From Paraglomus brasilianum (lineage: Eukaryota): DNA of 37,879 nt. The stretch is taken from the NCBI GenBank assembly GCA_910592345.1, contig CAJVPI010000266.1, forward strand, positions 1 to 37,879, read 5' to 3'. Below, in pieces: positions 35,126 through 37,879 of this stretch (positions within the stretch are counted from its first letter, which is position 1; each line of letters starts with the position of its first letter). Below the pieces are notes generated by a model, which was not told where the DNA came from, made no database searches, and was given only the letters and a program-made list of their open reading frames with translations. Made by a program: the position numbers and the translations under genes.

Positions 35126-37712
35126 ACTTACTAGTTACATAGTTCATCGTTTTTCATTTCTGTTTGTAAATAATACCTGCAATCAGTATTTATAGCGTCG
35201 TTCTTTACGTCTCTAGAAAATTCTAATCTTGATTTTTAAGCATTGAACTTTGATATGGCCTTCTTTTGCTATATCACTATTTCCTGTTACAAAAGCAAAT
35301 TAGTAATTATATGAAATCGCGCCATTGTTTCGTTTATTTTGAATGCGTGAACCGTGTACTGTCGTGAAATTCGAATATTTGAACATTCGAACTGAGATAT
35401 CAGTAGTACGTAGATAGACATTTAAGATTAACTTTCTTCAATTTCTTTTTGTAATCTTCCTTGACCTGGTATCCGTAAATAAATGGAGAAGAGAGATAAA
35501 GGAAGGGATTTATTCTGAATAATAGTATTAATATTATTAATTGAAAGCCCAAAGGGGGAAAGTTAACCTTTCTTCGGGACTGCTATCCTCTGTTCGCAGT
35601 ACGATACTATTATGTATTCATTGATCGACGCAACATTCTATCTTAATTGAGCAGTGGAGACCAATATTATATTCCTCCCCAATTCCTGCAAGACAACAAA
35701 GTGGTTAAAAAATGATGTGACTTCTCTGGTAATTACGATTCGGACGAAAATTCTTCAGTTTGGTATAAACAGAGTCAACTGGATGCTTCCTATTCCATCA
35801 AAAACTATATCTATACATTATGTAATCAAGAATAAAACAACCGTAAATAGTGTTGCGACTTTATTTCTAAGCTACCTGTTCAAACTTTAACAATAATCAG
35901 GAATTTTCTCCCCCAAGTCAGATTATACTACCCTAAAAAAGAAAATATTTCGCGTGTAACATTTGGATAATAGTATGAATAACGTATTCCTCCGCGTAGT
36001 ATACGGAAATTTATAGCGAAAATTGTGACATATGCAGCGCGTCAGGATTTTTGGACAGAATCTCTAACACTAGAATTAATTAGATATTTTCCCGATTTAT
36101 CGAAAATTAATTTAGTGAGACGATATAAGCAGTCGTAGTTTCTCTCGAAATCGGCATCTTCGGCTCATCTTCAGCATGATCATGATTATCTTTATTTATA
36201 GTTGGATTCCGTTCTTGAACCCGAACATTCCTTCAACAATTGTTCTATTATTAGCTTATCATTCATGTAATAAACGATATACATATTGGACATTAATTAC
36301 TTCAGTGATTCTGCAGTTGTAAAACTACGGGTTCCGGAATCGCTGGGTAGAATATTTTGTTCTTCAATTCTCGTAATTGGCACATACAATTGTTAATTAT
36401 TACTAACATACGCGTATAGTCAACCCATACTGACTATCGAAACTAATTCCACCGATTTAGGATAGAAGATATCTGCAGAGTAATTAACAATAGGAGAACC
36501 CGCGATATTAATATACCGGTTGGTTATTTGGAGAATTGTGAGTATAATTAAAGTCAGTTTTAAGGTCACCAACTGTATTAGCAATTTAAGCAGGAGTAGA
36601 AGTAATTAGTGTGTAACTTGAATTGAGGAATATACGTCATTCCATTGTCGTCAAGAAAAATTTAAGAAATAGATGTGAGAAGAGTTTAATTCTATCTTTG
36701 ATACTTCCTTTATTTAGGCCAATTCTGATTACAAAAATGAAGAAATGAGCAAAGCAAAAACTTTGTTGAAAATCGAAACACTCCTCGAACAACTCAAGAA
36801 AAAACATTCTGGACTAAGGACAAAAAAACGAAGTAAACTGTTAGGCATATTCAAGGTGTCAAGTTACTATTAATATCAATGATGCAGATGAGGTGATATC
36901 AAAAATTCCTTTAAGGATTAGCCACTTTGAGTCGAAGTCGCTAATGTCTCAAGAATGGAATTCAAGAAAAATGACCGCATCGGGACGAAAATCGTGACAG
37001 AATTGATCAAATACCCGACAGTCACGTGATGAAAAAATAAAGCATTTTTACAGTCTTTCAACTTCTTACACAGATGAGATATCAAAAATCCGACTGGTAA
37101 CTTTGTTCTTCATAACAAGCTCTACAAAGTTACCGGTCAGATTTTTGATCATGTTAATTCAACCACGTGATCATATGAGTAGCATATAATTGGTTAAAAT
37201 TGATAGATCGAAACTAAATATATTATTATTAAGAAAAAGCATTAATTTTATATAACTTTACATTTACTTAACATAATAATTTTTGCTTACATATTACAAT
37301 ATTATTGGTCAATTAAAATTAAAATATATCACGTGATTGTCGAGTATACCATATGACACTCAGATTACACAGCAAATTTTAATTTCCCCATTTATCGAAA
37401 ATTCTTGACAATTTATTGAAGCGATCAATAGTCATATAAACGAGTCGTAGATGATAGCCGAACAGCATCTTCAGATAATTTCTTATTATTCCTCCATTAA
37501 AATATTTCTTTATATTCTATTTTGTTTATTCCCCGGTGAAGATACAGCGTCGTCGCTGGCAAAGTGTAAACCACTTTTCCCGTCAGAAGCAGCTAACAGT
37601 AAACGTGCATCTTGTTAACTCAACCATATTGACATACGTGGAAGCACATCGTATAATTCGAACCTTTGAATAAAACTCGCATAACTGTAAATAAACCTGT
37701 TGAATTACAAGT

Positions 37713-37879
37713 TTATTCAAAAAGAGTTTGAGTCTCTAAATATAAGAAATGTACGATGTTAATATCGTAAATTAACTTTATTTGTACCAACGTGTAAACG
37801 TATACCTGCAGCTGAATCCATATCATAGCTATTTCTTGGTTTAGGCAGATCTCCAGTAGGTAAGAGCTTACTAGAATAT
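37713..37879 (-). CDS. 3' end of a probable tyrosine-kinase-like protein kinase (partial, continues beyond the window)
   Basis: 37878-37806 reads YSSKLLPTGDLPKPRNSYDMDSAA, resembling the (A/I)YTSRLL...LPxPxN tail of AMF kinases. Intron 37805-37736 (GTATAC...TTTAG). Last exon 37735-37713 encodes ETQTLFE*. The kinase domain itself is not visible. Confidence 0.55.
   Translation of the reverse strand, partial: ILVSSYLLEICLNQEIAMIWIQLQVYVYTLVQIKLIYDINIVHFLYLETQTLFE

Overview
Eukaryotic, intron-rich, AT-rich fungal DNA, most likely an arbuscular mycorrhizal (Glomeromycotina) fungus. This assignment is inferred from a BTB-BACK-TLDc gene, a degenerate TPR array and a kinase-like C-terminal tail, all of which belong to families expanded in that group. 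The core is a run of conserved multi-exon genes whose GT-AG structures were traced by hand with consistent phases: PMI40 (+), SEC62 (-), HMG-CoA lyase (+), exosome subunit MTR3 (-), an unknown polytopic membrane protein (+), BCS1 (-), an M28 leucine aminopeptidase (+), a septin (-), PEX7 (+) and a BTB-BACK-TLDc protein (+). The 3' end of a probable kinase (-) sits at the right edge. The left 2.3 kb and the 10-11 kb gap hold decayed accessory DNA: a nonsense-disrupted gene, two small orphan ORFs, a TPR relic within a CpG-free tract and a Tc1/mariner end. The most interesting candidate is an intronless ORF at 7614-7949 (-) built like a prepropeptide (hydrophobic signal, acidic spacer, RR site, 21-aa amphipathic peptide). 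Other oddities are an 18-bp tandem repeat made of overlapping palindromes, a repeat-spacer array and an interstitial telomere tract. No CRISPR array, rRNA or tRNA was found. All family assignments come from motif recognition, not database searches.
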